The notes under the pieces are model-generated. The model saw only the letters and a list, made by a program, of their open reading frames with translations. It had not been told where the DNA came from and searched no databases. Both the position numbers and the translations under genes were made by a program. Shown here piece after piece: positions 10,316-18,509 of a DNA stretch of 64,000 nt. The first letter of the stretch is position 1, and every line of letters starts with the position of its first letter. The DNA is from an uncultured Actinomycetes bacterium (lineage in GTDB: Bacteria; Actinomycetota; UBA4738; JBBDTT01), in contig CAVUMN010000003.1 of assembly GCA_963742735.1 (NCBI GenBank), forward strand, positions 256,001 through 320,000. Reading direction: 5' to 3'.

Positions 10316-11611
10316 ATGCGCAGGTCGCTTACGTCCATGGCCGCCGCCCTACTGGCGGCCGTCCTGCTTCCGTCGCCGGCGCAGGCTGCGTTTCCCGGCC
10401 AGAACGGACTGGTCCTTTTCGTCCAGAGGGCCCCGAGCTCGAGCGAGGCCATCTACGTGATGAACGCCGACGGCACCGGCCGGACGCCGCTGACCGCCGA
10501 CGGCACCTTCCACGAGGACTTCGGGCCGGCGTTCTCGCCCGACGGGACGAGGATCGCGTTCGTGCGGAACCTCATGGCCCAGTCCGACGTGTGGGTCATG
10601 GACGCCGACGGCACCGGCGAGACGCGCCTCACGACCCTGCAGAACGTGGGCTCCGTGGCCTGGGCGCCGAGCGGCGCGGAGATCGTCTTCGACAACGCCC
10701 ACACGGTGGCCTCGACGTTCAACTACGACATCTACAAGGTCGCCGCAACGGGAGGAGCGCCGACGCAGCTGACGAACACCACCACGTGGGAGACGAACCC
10801 CTCGTGGGCGCCCGACGGCAGCAAGATCGCCTTCGAGCTCGGGTCGGAGATCCACACGATGGACCCGGACGGCACCGACGCGGCGAACACGGGCATCGAC
10901 GGGGTGGGGGTCGACTGGTCTCCCGACTCCCTGCGGTTCGCGTTCACGCTGGGCGGGCGGGTTCGGACGGCGAACATCAACGGGACGAACAACGTCGCGG
11001 TGACCTCCGGCTCGCACGACGAGGCCCCCGCCTGGTCTCCGGACGGCACGAAGATCCTGTTCATGCGCCAGTCCGCCAACGGCGTCAGCACCGACGTCTG
11101 GCAGATCACCTCGGACGGCGCCAACCCCGTGAACCTGACGGGGACTTCGGGAGGCATCCGCGAGCGCTACCCGAACTGGGGTCCGTGTCCCACGGGAGGA
11201 TGCACCACGCTTCCGTCGGACTCCGTCAAGCCGTCCTCCACGATCACGCGCCCCAAGAACGGCCTGAGCTACTACCAGAACAAGCTCCTGCAGTTCACCG
11301 GGACGGCGAGCGACACGGGAGGCTCCGGCCTGGCCCGGGTACAGATCGCCCTGCGCCGCTATCTCACCAACGGCACGTGCGCGAACTGGAACGGCTCGGT
11401 CTTCGTGGCCGCGTCGTGCACGACAGCGCTGTGGAAGGACGTCTCGGGGTGGACCTCCTGGGCGTACAACCTGCCGAAGGGCCTGACGAAGAGCACCGGC
11501 AGCTCGACCACGAAGCACTACCTCCTGTTCAGCCGCGCAATCGACGTGGAGGGCAACACCGAATCGCTGTTCACCAACGGCCGCAACCGCAACCAGTTCG
11601 AGGTGATCTAG
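10316..11611 (+). CDS. Secreted TolB/PD40 beta-propeller protein with shared C-terminal Ig-like domain (copy 2)
   Basis: ATG abuts the previous TAG; signal AQA-AFPG; FSPDG/WAPDG/WSPDG repeats; C-terminal domain ~11228-11611 ending GRNRNQFEVI. Confidence 0.85.
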   Translation: MRRSLTSMAAALLAAVLLPSPAQAAFPGQNGLVLFVQRAPSSSEAIYVMNADGTGRTPLTADGTFHEDFGPAFSPDGTRIAFVRNLMAQSDVWVMDADGTGETRLTTLQNVGSVAWAPSGAEIVFDNAHTVASTFNYDIYKVAATGGAPTQLTNTTTWETNPSWAPDGSKIAFELGSEIHTMDPDGTDAANTGIDGVGVDWSPDSLRFAFTLGGRVRTANINGTNNVAVTSGSHDEAPAWSPDGTKILFMRQSANGVSTDVWQITSDGANPVNLTGTSGGIRERYPNWGPCPTGGCTTLPSDSVKPSSTITRPKNGLSYYQNKLLQFTGTASDTGGSGLARVQIALRRYLTNGTCANWNGSVFVAASCTTALWKDVSGWTSWAYNLPKGLTKSTGSSTTKHYLLFSRAIDVEGNTESLFTNGRNRNQFEVI

Positions 11612-11619
11612 CCGGATCG

Positions 11620-11646
11620 CTCAAGTTGGGTCCCGAACGCGCCGAT
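11620..11646 (+). promoter_or_regulatory. Putative sigma28 (FliA/WhiG)-type promoter
   Basis: CTCAAG...GCCGAT (CTCA-N17-GCCGAT) ending 9 nt before ATG 11656. Confidence 0.5.
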
Positions 11647-11655
11647 GGTTCAGAT

Positions 11656-12891
11656 ATGCGTCGTATCGCCCGCTTTAGCCTGCTCGCGCTCACCGCGGCG
11701 CTGATCCTGCCCGCCACGGCGACTCCCGCGCTCGCGGCGTACCCCGGCGAGAACGGCCTGATCGTGTATGTCAGCAATGGCGGTCTCTACACCACGCCCG
11801 CGATGTCCTGGAACATCGACGGCGAGTACCTCGCGGACGGTTTCGAGCCGTCCTGGTCGCCGGACGGGCAGCGCATCGTCTTCACCCGGGACGGCGGCGT
11901 CTGGGTCATGAACGCGAACGCCACCGGGCAGACGCGACTCACGCCCGGCAGCGGGGATTCCCCGAGCTGGTCCGGTGACGGAACCAGGATCGTCTACACG
12001 GCGTTCGACGGTCTCCACGTGATGGATGCGGACGGCACCGATGCCTCCTTCGTCCACGCGGACGCGGCCGCCGAGGATCCGGCGTGGTCGCCGGTCTCGA
12101 ACCAGATCGCGTTCTCCGCGCTCCGCGAAGGCAATCGAGAGATCGTCCGCGTCAACGCCGACGGCACCGGCGAGCTCCGGCTGACCACCCTCGCGGGGGC
12201 GGACATCGATCCCGACTGGTCGCCCGACGGGCTGAAGATCGCGTTCTCCTCCAGCTGGGACGGCGACGCGGAGATCCACACCATCAACCCCGATGGAACC
12301 GGGCTGCGGAACCTCACCGATGACTCCTCGGGAGACTTCAAGCCAGCCTGGTCCCCCGACGGGACCGAGATCGCGTTCACCCGCGGCGGACAGGTGTATC
12401 GAATGTTTGCCGACGGCACGTCACAGAGGATCGTCATCGAGTACTACGGCGCCTCGAGGAGCAGCCCCGACTGGCAGCCCGCCGCCGAGGAGGTCGTCAG
12501 GGAGTTCTTCCCGCCGAACACCCACGTCACCAGGCCGAGAAACGGCCTGTCCTACTACCAGGCGAACCTGCGGTCGATCACGGGGACCACCAACGACATC
12601 GGCGAGCATGGGGTCGAATTCGGGCAGGTCGCCCTGCGCCGGGTGTTCACCAACGGCACCTGCGCGAACTGGAACGGTTCGAAGTTCGTGATGGCCTCCT
12701 GCAAGGCCCGGCTGTGGAACACGGCCGTCGGCGCCCCGGGGTGGACGTACTCCATCTCGAAGCTGCTCACCCGAAGCCGGGGAACGAACGTGAAGCACTA
12801 CGTGGTCCTGGCCCGTGGCATCGATCGCGGGGGAAACATCGAAACGAACTTCGTGGATGGCCGAAACCGCAACTCCTTCGAGGTGATCTAG
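11656..12891 (+). CDS. Secreted TolB/PD40 beta-propeller protein with shared C-terminal Ig-like domain (copy 3)
   Basis: MRRIARFSLLALTAALILPATATPALA-AYPG signal; WSPDG repeats; C-terminal domain ~12511-12891 ending GRNRNSFEVI. Confidence 0.85.
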   Translation: MRRIARFSLLALTAALILPATATPALAAYPGENGLIVYVSNGGLYTTPAMSWNIDGEYLADGFEPSWSPDGQRIVFTRDGGVWVMNANATGQTRLTPGSGDSPSWSGDGTRIVYTAFDGLHVMDADGTDASFVHADAAAEDPAWSPVSNQIAFSALREGNREIVRVNADGTGELRLTTLAGADIDPDWSPDGLKIAFSSSWDGDAEIHTINPDGTGLRNLTDDSSGDFKPAWSPDGTEIAFTRGGQVYRMFADGTSQRIVIEYYGASRSSPDWQPAAEEVVREFFPPNTHVTRPRNGLSYYQANLRSITGTTNDIGEHGVEFGQVALRRVFTNGTCANWNGSKFVMASCKARLWNTAVGAPGWTYSISKLLTRSRGTNVKHYVVLARGIDRGGNIETNFVDGRNRNSFEVI

Positions 12892-12956
12892 CCATGCGTA
12901 GCTCCAACGAAGCATTTACACGACGCGACGCATCCGCCACACTCCCGCTACTTCCC

Positions 12957-14678
12957 GTGAACGCACACGCGAATCGCCCCAGTAGGCGCGCGCCCGCCGC
13001 CTTGATCACGCTCGTCCTGTTCGTCGCGCTGCTCGCGACGCCCGCCCAGGCCGCGCCCGCGGGCGAGTTGGACCCGACGTTCACGCTCGACGGTCGGGTC
13101 ATCACGTCGGTCGGGAACTCCATCGACCAGGCCAACGCGGTCGCGGTCCAGCCCGACGGCAGGATCGTGGCCGGCGGTGGGACCCTGTCCGCCGAGTGCG
13201 GAGTGAGCGGCTGCGACACCCACTGGGCCCTCCTGCGCTACCAGTCCAACGGCTTCCTCGACCCGAACTTCGGCGGGGGCGACGGCATCGTCACCACCGA
13301 CATGGGCTCCGGCTCGATCTACGACATCGCGATTCAGGGCGACGGCAAAATCGTCGCCGTGGGCGACGGCTTCGAGGGCGTCGAGAACGACTTCGTGGTC
13401 GCTCGGTACCTGGCCAACGGCACCCCCGACTCCAACTTCGGCTCGGGAGGGATCGTCCGGACCGACTTCGGGCTGCACGACGCCGCGAGCGCCGTGGCCA
13501 TCAACCCCGACGGTACGATCGTGGTCGCCGGCTCACAGGGCCTCGCGGCCCCGGCCTTCAACAGCACGTTCGCCCTCGCCCGGTACCTGACGACCGGCCT
13601 CCCCGACACGACGTTCGACGGCGACGGCAAGGCCGTGACGATCATCGGCACCGAGACCAGCTTCGCGAACGACGTGGCGCTCCAGGGCGGCAAGCCGGTC
13701 GCGGTCGGGGCGAGCCGCGACGCCGGCGGAGACATGATCTTCACGACCGTCCGCTACACGACGGGCGGCCTCCCCGACACGACCTTCGACGGCGACGGCA
13801 TCGCCCTGAAGGGGTTCGGCACGGGGCCCGACACCGCCACCTCGGTCCTGATCGATCCGGCCGGCAAGATCGTGGTGGCCGGCTCGGCCGTGATCGGCAC
13901 CGAGTTCGACTTCGCCGCGGTCAGGTATCTCAGCACGGGGCCGCCCGACACCACCTTCGACATCGACGGGTTCCGCACCGTGGACATCACCGGCGACGAC
14001 GTGGCCCAGGGCCTGGTTCGCCAGGCCGACGGAGCGCTCGTGCTGGGCGGGGTGACGGGCTCCGGGGAGAGCACCGACTTCGCGCTGGTCCGACTGACGT
14101 CCGCCGGCGCGCTCGACCCCTCGTGGGGCGGCAACGGGAGGGTCACCACGGACTTCCTGGAGAGCGCCGACTCCGCCGCCGCCATCGCCCTGCAGCCCGA
14201 CGGAAAGCTCGTCGCGGCCGGGGCGGTGTTCGACCCGTTCATCGCCGAGACCGACGTCGCCCTCGCCCGCTACCTCACGGTGGGGACCGGGGACACCACG
14301 GTCCCGGTCTCGCGGATCTCCCGGCCGAAGAACGGCCTGAGCTACTACCAGGCCAACATCAAGACGTTCTCGGGGACCGCCACCGATACCGCGTCCGGGG
14401 TGGCCAAGGTCGAGATCGCGCTGCGCCGCCACTTCACCAACGGGCTGTGCGCGAACTGGAACGGAAGCGTGTTCGTGTCGGGTTCCTGCACCACCCCGAC
14501 GTGGCGCCTGGCGACGGGACGTGGGAGCTGGACCTACTCGCTCCCGAAGGGGCTGACGAAGAGCCGGGGGACCAACGTGGCCTACTACGTCCTGTTCTCG
14601 CGGGCGACCGACGCGGAGGGGAACGTCGAGTCGTCGTTCGCCACCGGACGCAACCGCAACCAGTTCGAGGTGATCTAG
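12957..14678 (+). CDS. Secreted delta-60 repeat protein with shared C-terminal Ig-like domain (copy 4); start could be ATG 12894
   Basis: Signal ending AQA-AP; repeats of LDPTF..DG.V.T / AVAVQPDGRIVAGG / FALARY; C-terminal domain ~14301-14678 ending GRNRNQFEVI. Confidence 0.85.
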   Translation: MNAHANRPSRRAPAALITLVLFVALLATPAQAAPAGELDPTFTLDGRVITSVGNSIDQANAVAVQPDGRIVAGGGTLSAECGVSGCDTHWALLRYQSNGFLDPNFGGGDGIVTTDMGSGSIYDIAIQGDGKIVAVGDGFEGVENDFVVARYLANGTPDSNFGSGGIVRTDFGLHDAASAVAINPDGTIVVAGSQGLAAPAFNSTFALARYLTTGLPDTTFDGDGKAVTIIGTETSFANDVALQGGKPVAVGASRDAGGDMIFTTVRYTTGGLPDTTFDGDGIALKGFGTGPDTATSVLIDPAGKIVVAGSAVIGTEFDFAAVRYLSTGPPDTTFDIDGFRTVDITGDDVAQGLVRQADGALVLGGVTGSGESTDFALVRLTSAGALDPSWGGNGRVTTDFLESADSAAAIALQPDGKLVAAGAVFDPFIAETDVALARYLTVGTGDTTVPVSRISRPKNGLSYYQANIKTFSGTATDTASGVAKVEIALRRHFTNGLCANWNGSVFVSGSCTTPTWRLATGRGSWTYSLPKGLTKSRGTNVAYYVLFSRATDAEGNVESSFATGRNRNQFEVI

Positions 14679-14905
14679 ACCTCGTAGCCCAGAACGATCA
14701 GCGACGCCGTCCCCAGGCGGGTCAGGCGTCCGTCGTCCCCGAAGCCGAGCAGGAACTCGACGTGGGGTGACACGCCGCCGTGCCGGAGCTCTCGCAGTCC
14801 GTCGCGCAACGCGCGCACGGCGTCCCAGGGGTGGCCGGGCGTCACGGGGGCGATGAGGATCCCCGATGGGGTGTCCGCGAGTGTGCGGGCATTCGTGCCG
14901 CTCAC
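14675..14905 (-). CDS. Small hypothetical protein (76 aa)
   Basis: GAAAGGAG SD upstream of GTG 14905; stop overlaps the convergent gene's CTAG. Confidence 0.55.
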   Translation of the reverse strand: MSGTNARTLADTPSGILIAPVTPGHPWDAVRALRDGLRELRHGGVSPHVEFLLGFGDDGRLTRLGTASLIVLGYEV

Positions 14906-14998
14906 CGGCGGGCTCCTTTCGCGGTTCGAGTGAGGCGCGGTCTCCCAACGTTTCGACGCACCTCGTCGCCTATCCTTGTCGCGGTCCGAAATTGCCGG

Positions 14999-15014
14999 TG
15001 TGACGCCGGTCACG
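14999..15014. promoter_or_regulatory. CRP/GlxR-like palindromic operator
   Basis: TGTGA-cgccgg-TCACG (consensus TGTGA-N6-TCACA, 1 mismatch) in a divergent intergenic region. Confidence 0.45.
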
Positions 15015-15031
15015 ATCCTGAACGGAGACCC

Positions 15032-16183
15032 ATGGACTTCGAGCTCAGCCCCGAGCAGGAGATGGTCCGCAAGACCGCCCGGGAGTGGGTGGACAAGGAG
15101 GTGATCCCCCGGGCGCGCGACGCCGACCGCGAGGAGGCCCTCGATCCCGAGGTCATCCGCCAGCTCGGCGAGCTCGGCTTCCTGGGCGCCGTCATCCCGG
15201 AGGAGTACGGGGGGATGGGCCTGGACAACCTGTCCTACTGCCTGATCATCGAGGAGCTCGGCCGCGGCGACTCCAGCGTTCGAGGCGTGGTCTCGGTGAA
15301 CGTCGGGCTCGTCGGCAAGACGATCTACAAGTGGGGGACCGAGGCGCAGAAACGGGAATGGCTTCCGCGTCTTGCCTCCGGTGAGGCCCTCGGCTGCTAC
15401 GGCCTGACCGAGCCGGAGGTCGGCTCCGACGCCGGGAACCTCACCTCACGCGCGAAGCGCGACGGCGATGACTGGATCCTGTCCGGCGAGAAGCTGTTCA
15501 TCACCAACGGCAACACCGCGAAGCTGGCGATGATCTTCGCCCGCACCGGCGGCGAGGGCCCAAAGGGGATCTCCGCGTTCCTCGTTCCCACGGACCTGGA
15601 GGGCTTCTCCTCGACCTACGTGAAGGGCAAGCTCGGCCTGCGTGCCCAGGACACCGGCGCCCTACACCTGGACGGCGTCCGGGTTCCCGACTCGGCCCGA
15701 CTGGGCGAGGAGGGTGAAGGCTTCAGGATCGCGATGTCGGCCCTCGACGGCGGGCGGATGTCCCTCGCCGCCGGCTGCGTCGGGATCGCCCAGGGCTCGC
15801 TCGAGGCGAGCATCGCCTACGCGAAGGAGCGCCACGCCTTCGGCAAGCCGATCGCCGCCTTCCAGCTGGTCCAGGAGCTCATCGCCGACACCGCCGTCGA
15901 GACCGACGCCGCCCGGCTGCTGGTGTGGCGGGTCGCGACCATGGCGGACGCCGGAAAGACCCACACCCTGGAGTCGAGCTACGCGAAGTACTTCGCCAGC
16001 GAGACCGCCGTGCGGGCCGCGAACGCGGCGGTCCAGGTCCACGGCGGGTTCGGCTACGTGGACGAGTACCCGGTCGGCAAGTACCTGCGCGACGCGCGCG
16101 TCACCACCCTCTACGAGGGAACCAGCCAGATCCAGAAGCTGATCATCGGCCGCGCCCTCACCGGCGAGTCCGCGTTCGCGTAA
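15032..16183 (+). CDS. Acyl-CoA dehydrogenase
   Basis: MDFELSPEQ start after GGAG SD; GCYGLTEPEVGSD, GEKLFITNG, RHAFGKPI, QVHGGFGY, YEGTSQIQ. Confidence 0.95.
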   Translation: MDFELSPEQEMVRKTAREWVDKEVIPRARDADREEALDPEVIRQLGELGFLGAVIPEEYGGMGLDNLSYCLIIEELGRGDSSVRGVVSVNVGLVGKTIYKWGTEAQKREWLPRLASGEALGCYGLTEPEVGSDAGNLTSRAKRDGDDWILSGEKLFITNGNTAKLAMIFARTGGEGPKGISAFLVPTDLEGFSSTYVKGKLGLRAQDTGALHLDGVRVPDSARLGEEGEGFRIAMSALDGGRMSLAAGCVGIAQGSLEASIAYAKERHAFGKPIAAFQLVQELIADTAVETDAARLLVWRVATMADAGKTHTLESSYAKYFASETAVRAANAAVQVHGGFGYVDEYPVGKYLRDARVTTLYEGTSQIQKLIIGRALTGESAFA

Positions 16184-16186
16184 GGC

Positions 16187-17584
16187 TCAGGGACAGGCCG
16201 GCTCGCCGGTGGTTCCGACGCACGTCCGGTCGTGGTCGAGCTGCGCCTCGATCGCGTCGGTGTTCGGGTCGTTGGCCGTCGAGGCGTCGCCGAGCAGGTT
16301 CAGGTTCTGCCAGGGATCGCTCGTGAGGTTGTAGTACTCGCGTTCGATGATCGTGGTTCCGTCGAGCGCGTAATACTCGACGTACTGGTAGGTCGGCGTC
16401 CGGATCGAAGCCCAGGTCGGCGTCCCCACCGGATCGTTCGTCCCCGCCTGCCAGTACTCGGTCAGGATCCGAGTGCGGGCGAAGCTTCCCAGGAGCGGCC
16501 GGCCGTCGATGGGTCTGCTCGGATCCGGGTCGATCCCGGCCAGGTCCAGGATGGTGGGCATGATGTCCGCGATCGCCACGATGCGCGAGTCTTTCGCGCC
16601 CCGGGCGATGCCCCGGCTGGGCCCCCACATGTAGAAGGGGACCTTTATGGAGTTGGAGTACGGCTGCGACTTCCCGGTGATGCCGTGTTCGCGCCACATG
16701 AACCCGTTGTCCGAGAGATAGAAGACGATCGTCCTGCCGGCTTCGCCGAACCGGTTCATCTGGGTGAACGCGTTCTCCACCAGGTCGTCCACGGACATCA
16801 GGGTGCGAAGCTGGTTGACCCGCGTGGTCTTCAGCGTGCTGAGCGGGACGTATCGGTCCTGCACGTACTGGGGTTTGTCCGAGCGGTCGGTCTCGTTGAC
16901 CGCGGGGTTGGCGAAGAACGGCCCCACCGACGACTTGGCGTAGGCGCCCTTCGGCTGCTGCGGGTAGTGGGGGGCGAACGGCGTCATCATGAGGAACCAC
17001 GGCCGCGAGTCGTTGCCCTCGGCCACCTCCAGGAACGGCCCGATGCGCGAGGAGAGGTAGTCGGTGCTGTACCCGCCGGGCTTGATGATGGCGCCGTTGC
17101 TGTTGTAGGTGACACCCCAGTACCCCGGCTCGGGGGTGAAGATCGCCCACCGGTCGAAGTACGGCGGGTCGTCGTTGATGTCCCACCGGTTCAGGTACTT
17201 GCCGAAAATCCCGTTCCAGTAGCCGTTGTCGTGCAGGTACTTCTGGAGCGTGTCGCCCTGGTCGAGCGACGTGGCGTCCCCGTTCGTGCGCACGCCGGTG
17301 TTGTGGGCGTACTGGCCCGTCATGAGCGAGGCGCGCGACGGGCAGCACAGGGGCGTCGTGGCGTACGCCTGTGTGAACTCGGTCCCGGCTTTCACGAAGC
17401 GCCCGGTCACCTCGGGCATCACGCCGAGCGTGCCCGGGGTCCGCTGATCGTCGGTCATGATGATCAGGATGTTGGGCTGGTCGAGCGCCTGCGCGCGCGC
17501 GGCGCGGTCGGCGGGCGGCAGCAGCGTGGCCGAGGCGATCAGCAGGGATACGGCCAAGAGACGGAAAGCGGGCTTGGGGGGCAT
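16187..17584 (-). CDS. Secreted sulfatase (N-acetylglucosamine-6-sulfatase-like)
   Basis: Signal peptide; PNILIIMTDDQ, CCPSRASLMTGQYAHN (CxPxR formylglycine motif), GKYLN, SDNG. Confidence 0.92.
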   Translation of the reverse strand: MPPKPAFRLLAVSLLIASATLLPPADRAARAQALDQPNILIIMTDDQRTPGTLGVMPEVTGRFVKAGTEFTQAYATTPLCCPSRASLMTGQYAHNTGVRTNGDATSLDQGDTLQKYLHDNGYWNGIFGKYLNRWDINDDPPYFDRWAIFTPEPGYWGVTYNSNGAIIKPGGYSTDYLSSRIGPFLEVAEGNDSRPWFLMMTPFAPHYPQQPKGAYAKSSVGPFFANPAVNETDRSDKPQYVQDRYVPLSTLKTTRVNQLRTLMSVDDLVENAFTQMNRFGEAGRTIVFYLSDNGFMWREHGITGKSQPYSNSIKVPFYMWGPSRGIARGAKDSRIVAIADIMPTILDLAGIDPDPSRPIDGRPLLGSFARTRILTEYWQAGTNDPVGTPTWASIRTPTYQYVEYYALDGTTIIEREYYNLTSDPWQNLNLLGDASTANDPNTDAIEAQLDHDRTCVGTTGEPACP

Positions 17585-17644
17585 CGAGGCACCCTACCGG
17601 CGGCCCCCGCGGCGTACAAGCCCCTCCGATAGCATGGCCGCCCC

Positions 17645-18481
17645 ATGCCCGGGATCGACCTGCACTCGCACACGACCTGCTCGGACGGCACGTTCGCGCC
17701 GGCGGAGACCGTGCGCCTGGCGGTGGAGCGGGGCCTCGACGTCCTCGCGGTGAGCGATCACGACACCACCGAGGGCCTGGCCGAGGCGGCGGACGCCGCC
17801 GGGGGCACCGGGCTCGAGATCGTCCCCGCCACCGAGTTCTCCACGGTCTACGAGGGCGGAAGCATCCACGTCCTGGCGTACTGGATCGACCCGGCGAACG
17901 CCGAGTTCCTGGCCGAGCTGGCCCGCCTGCAGGACGACCGCGAGTGGCGGGCCCAGGAGATCGTGAAGAAGCTGAACGAGCTGGGGTTCCCGATCGGCTA
18001 CGCGCGCGTCCGCGAGCTCGCCGGCGGCTCCGTGGTGGCGCGGCCCCACATCGCCCAGGCGATGGTCGAGGCGGGCATCGTCCCCACCTACGAGGAGGCG
18101 TTCACCGAGGACTTCATCCTGGACGGGGGGCGGGCGTACGTGGAGAAGCACGCCCTGCATCCCGTCGACGCCCTCGCGCTGATCCACCGCGCAGGCGGGG
18201 TGTGCGTGATCGCCCACCCCGGGATGTGGTCCGACGCCGATCCGGTCCCCGACGCGCTCATCGAGCGGATGGCCGAGGAGGGCCTGGACGGCATCGAGGC
18301 CGATCACCCCGATCACCCGGAGGAGACCCGGGAGCGCTACCGGCAGATGGCCGGGCGGTTCGGGATCCCGTTCACCGGTTCCAGCGACTGCCACGGGACG
18401 CGATACGACCCGGTCCGCCTGGGGACCGTGACGACACATCCCGAGGAATTCGCCAAACTGAAGGCTCGCGTGGGCCGGTAA
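17645..18481 (+). CDS. PHP domain phosphoesterase
   Basis: DLHSHTTCSDG, SDHDT, RPHIA, AHP, TGSSDCHG. Confidence 0.92.
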   Translation: MPGIDLHSHTTCSDGTFAPAETVRLAVERGLDVLAVSDHDTTEGLAEAADAAGGTGLEIVPATEFSTVYEGGSIHVLAYWIDPANAEFLAELARLQDDREWRAQEIVKKLNELGFPIGYARVRELAGGSVVARPHIAQAMVEAGIVPTYEEAFTEDFILDGGRAYVEKHALHPVDALALIHRAGGVCVIAHPGMWSDADPVPDALIERMAEEGLDGIEADHPDHPEETRERYRQMAGRFGIPFTGSSDCHGTRYDPVRLGTVTTHPEEFAKLKARVGR

Positions 18482-18509
18482 GGGCCCGCGCCAGGAGAGG
18501 AGGCCCGAC

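Larger units (their letters stand above)
9935..14678 (+). repeat. Four dispersed ~380-bp paralogous C-terminal-domain coding repeats (~9935-10315, 11228-11611, 12511-12891, 14301-14678)
   Basis: Shared DNA motifs, e.g. TACCAG, GCCCTGCGCCG-like, (A/G)CTGGAACGG, and TTCGAGGTG(G/A)TCTAG at every 3' end. Confidence 0.85.

Noticed and set aside
9034-12891. 1285-aa ORF spanning three genes
   Set aside because: The first ~870 codons are an Arg/Pro/Gly-rich shadow frame over genes 9056-10315 and 10316-11611; only 11656-12891 is a real gene. The same applies to other long alternative-frame or antisense ORFs (6373-9039, 26408-29254, 45540-48521, 50888-53407, 53636-56260), which are expected at this GC content.
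9200-14280. Recurrent TGGTC(G/C)CC(C/G)GACGG and delta-60 DNA motifs as a CRISPR or other non-coding repeat array
   Set aside because: They are in-frame protein repeats (WSPDG, LD..F..DG) with irregular spacing and no cas genes.
9935-14678. Shared 3' repeats as DGR template/variable repeats or an invertible shufflon
   Set aside because: No reverse transcriptase or recombinase in the window; all copies are coding, in direct orientation, and differ at all base types rather than only at adenines.
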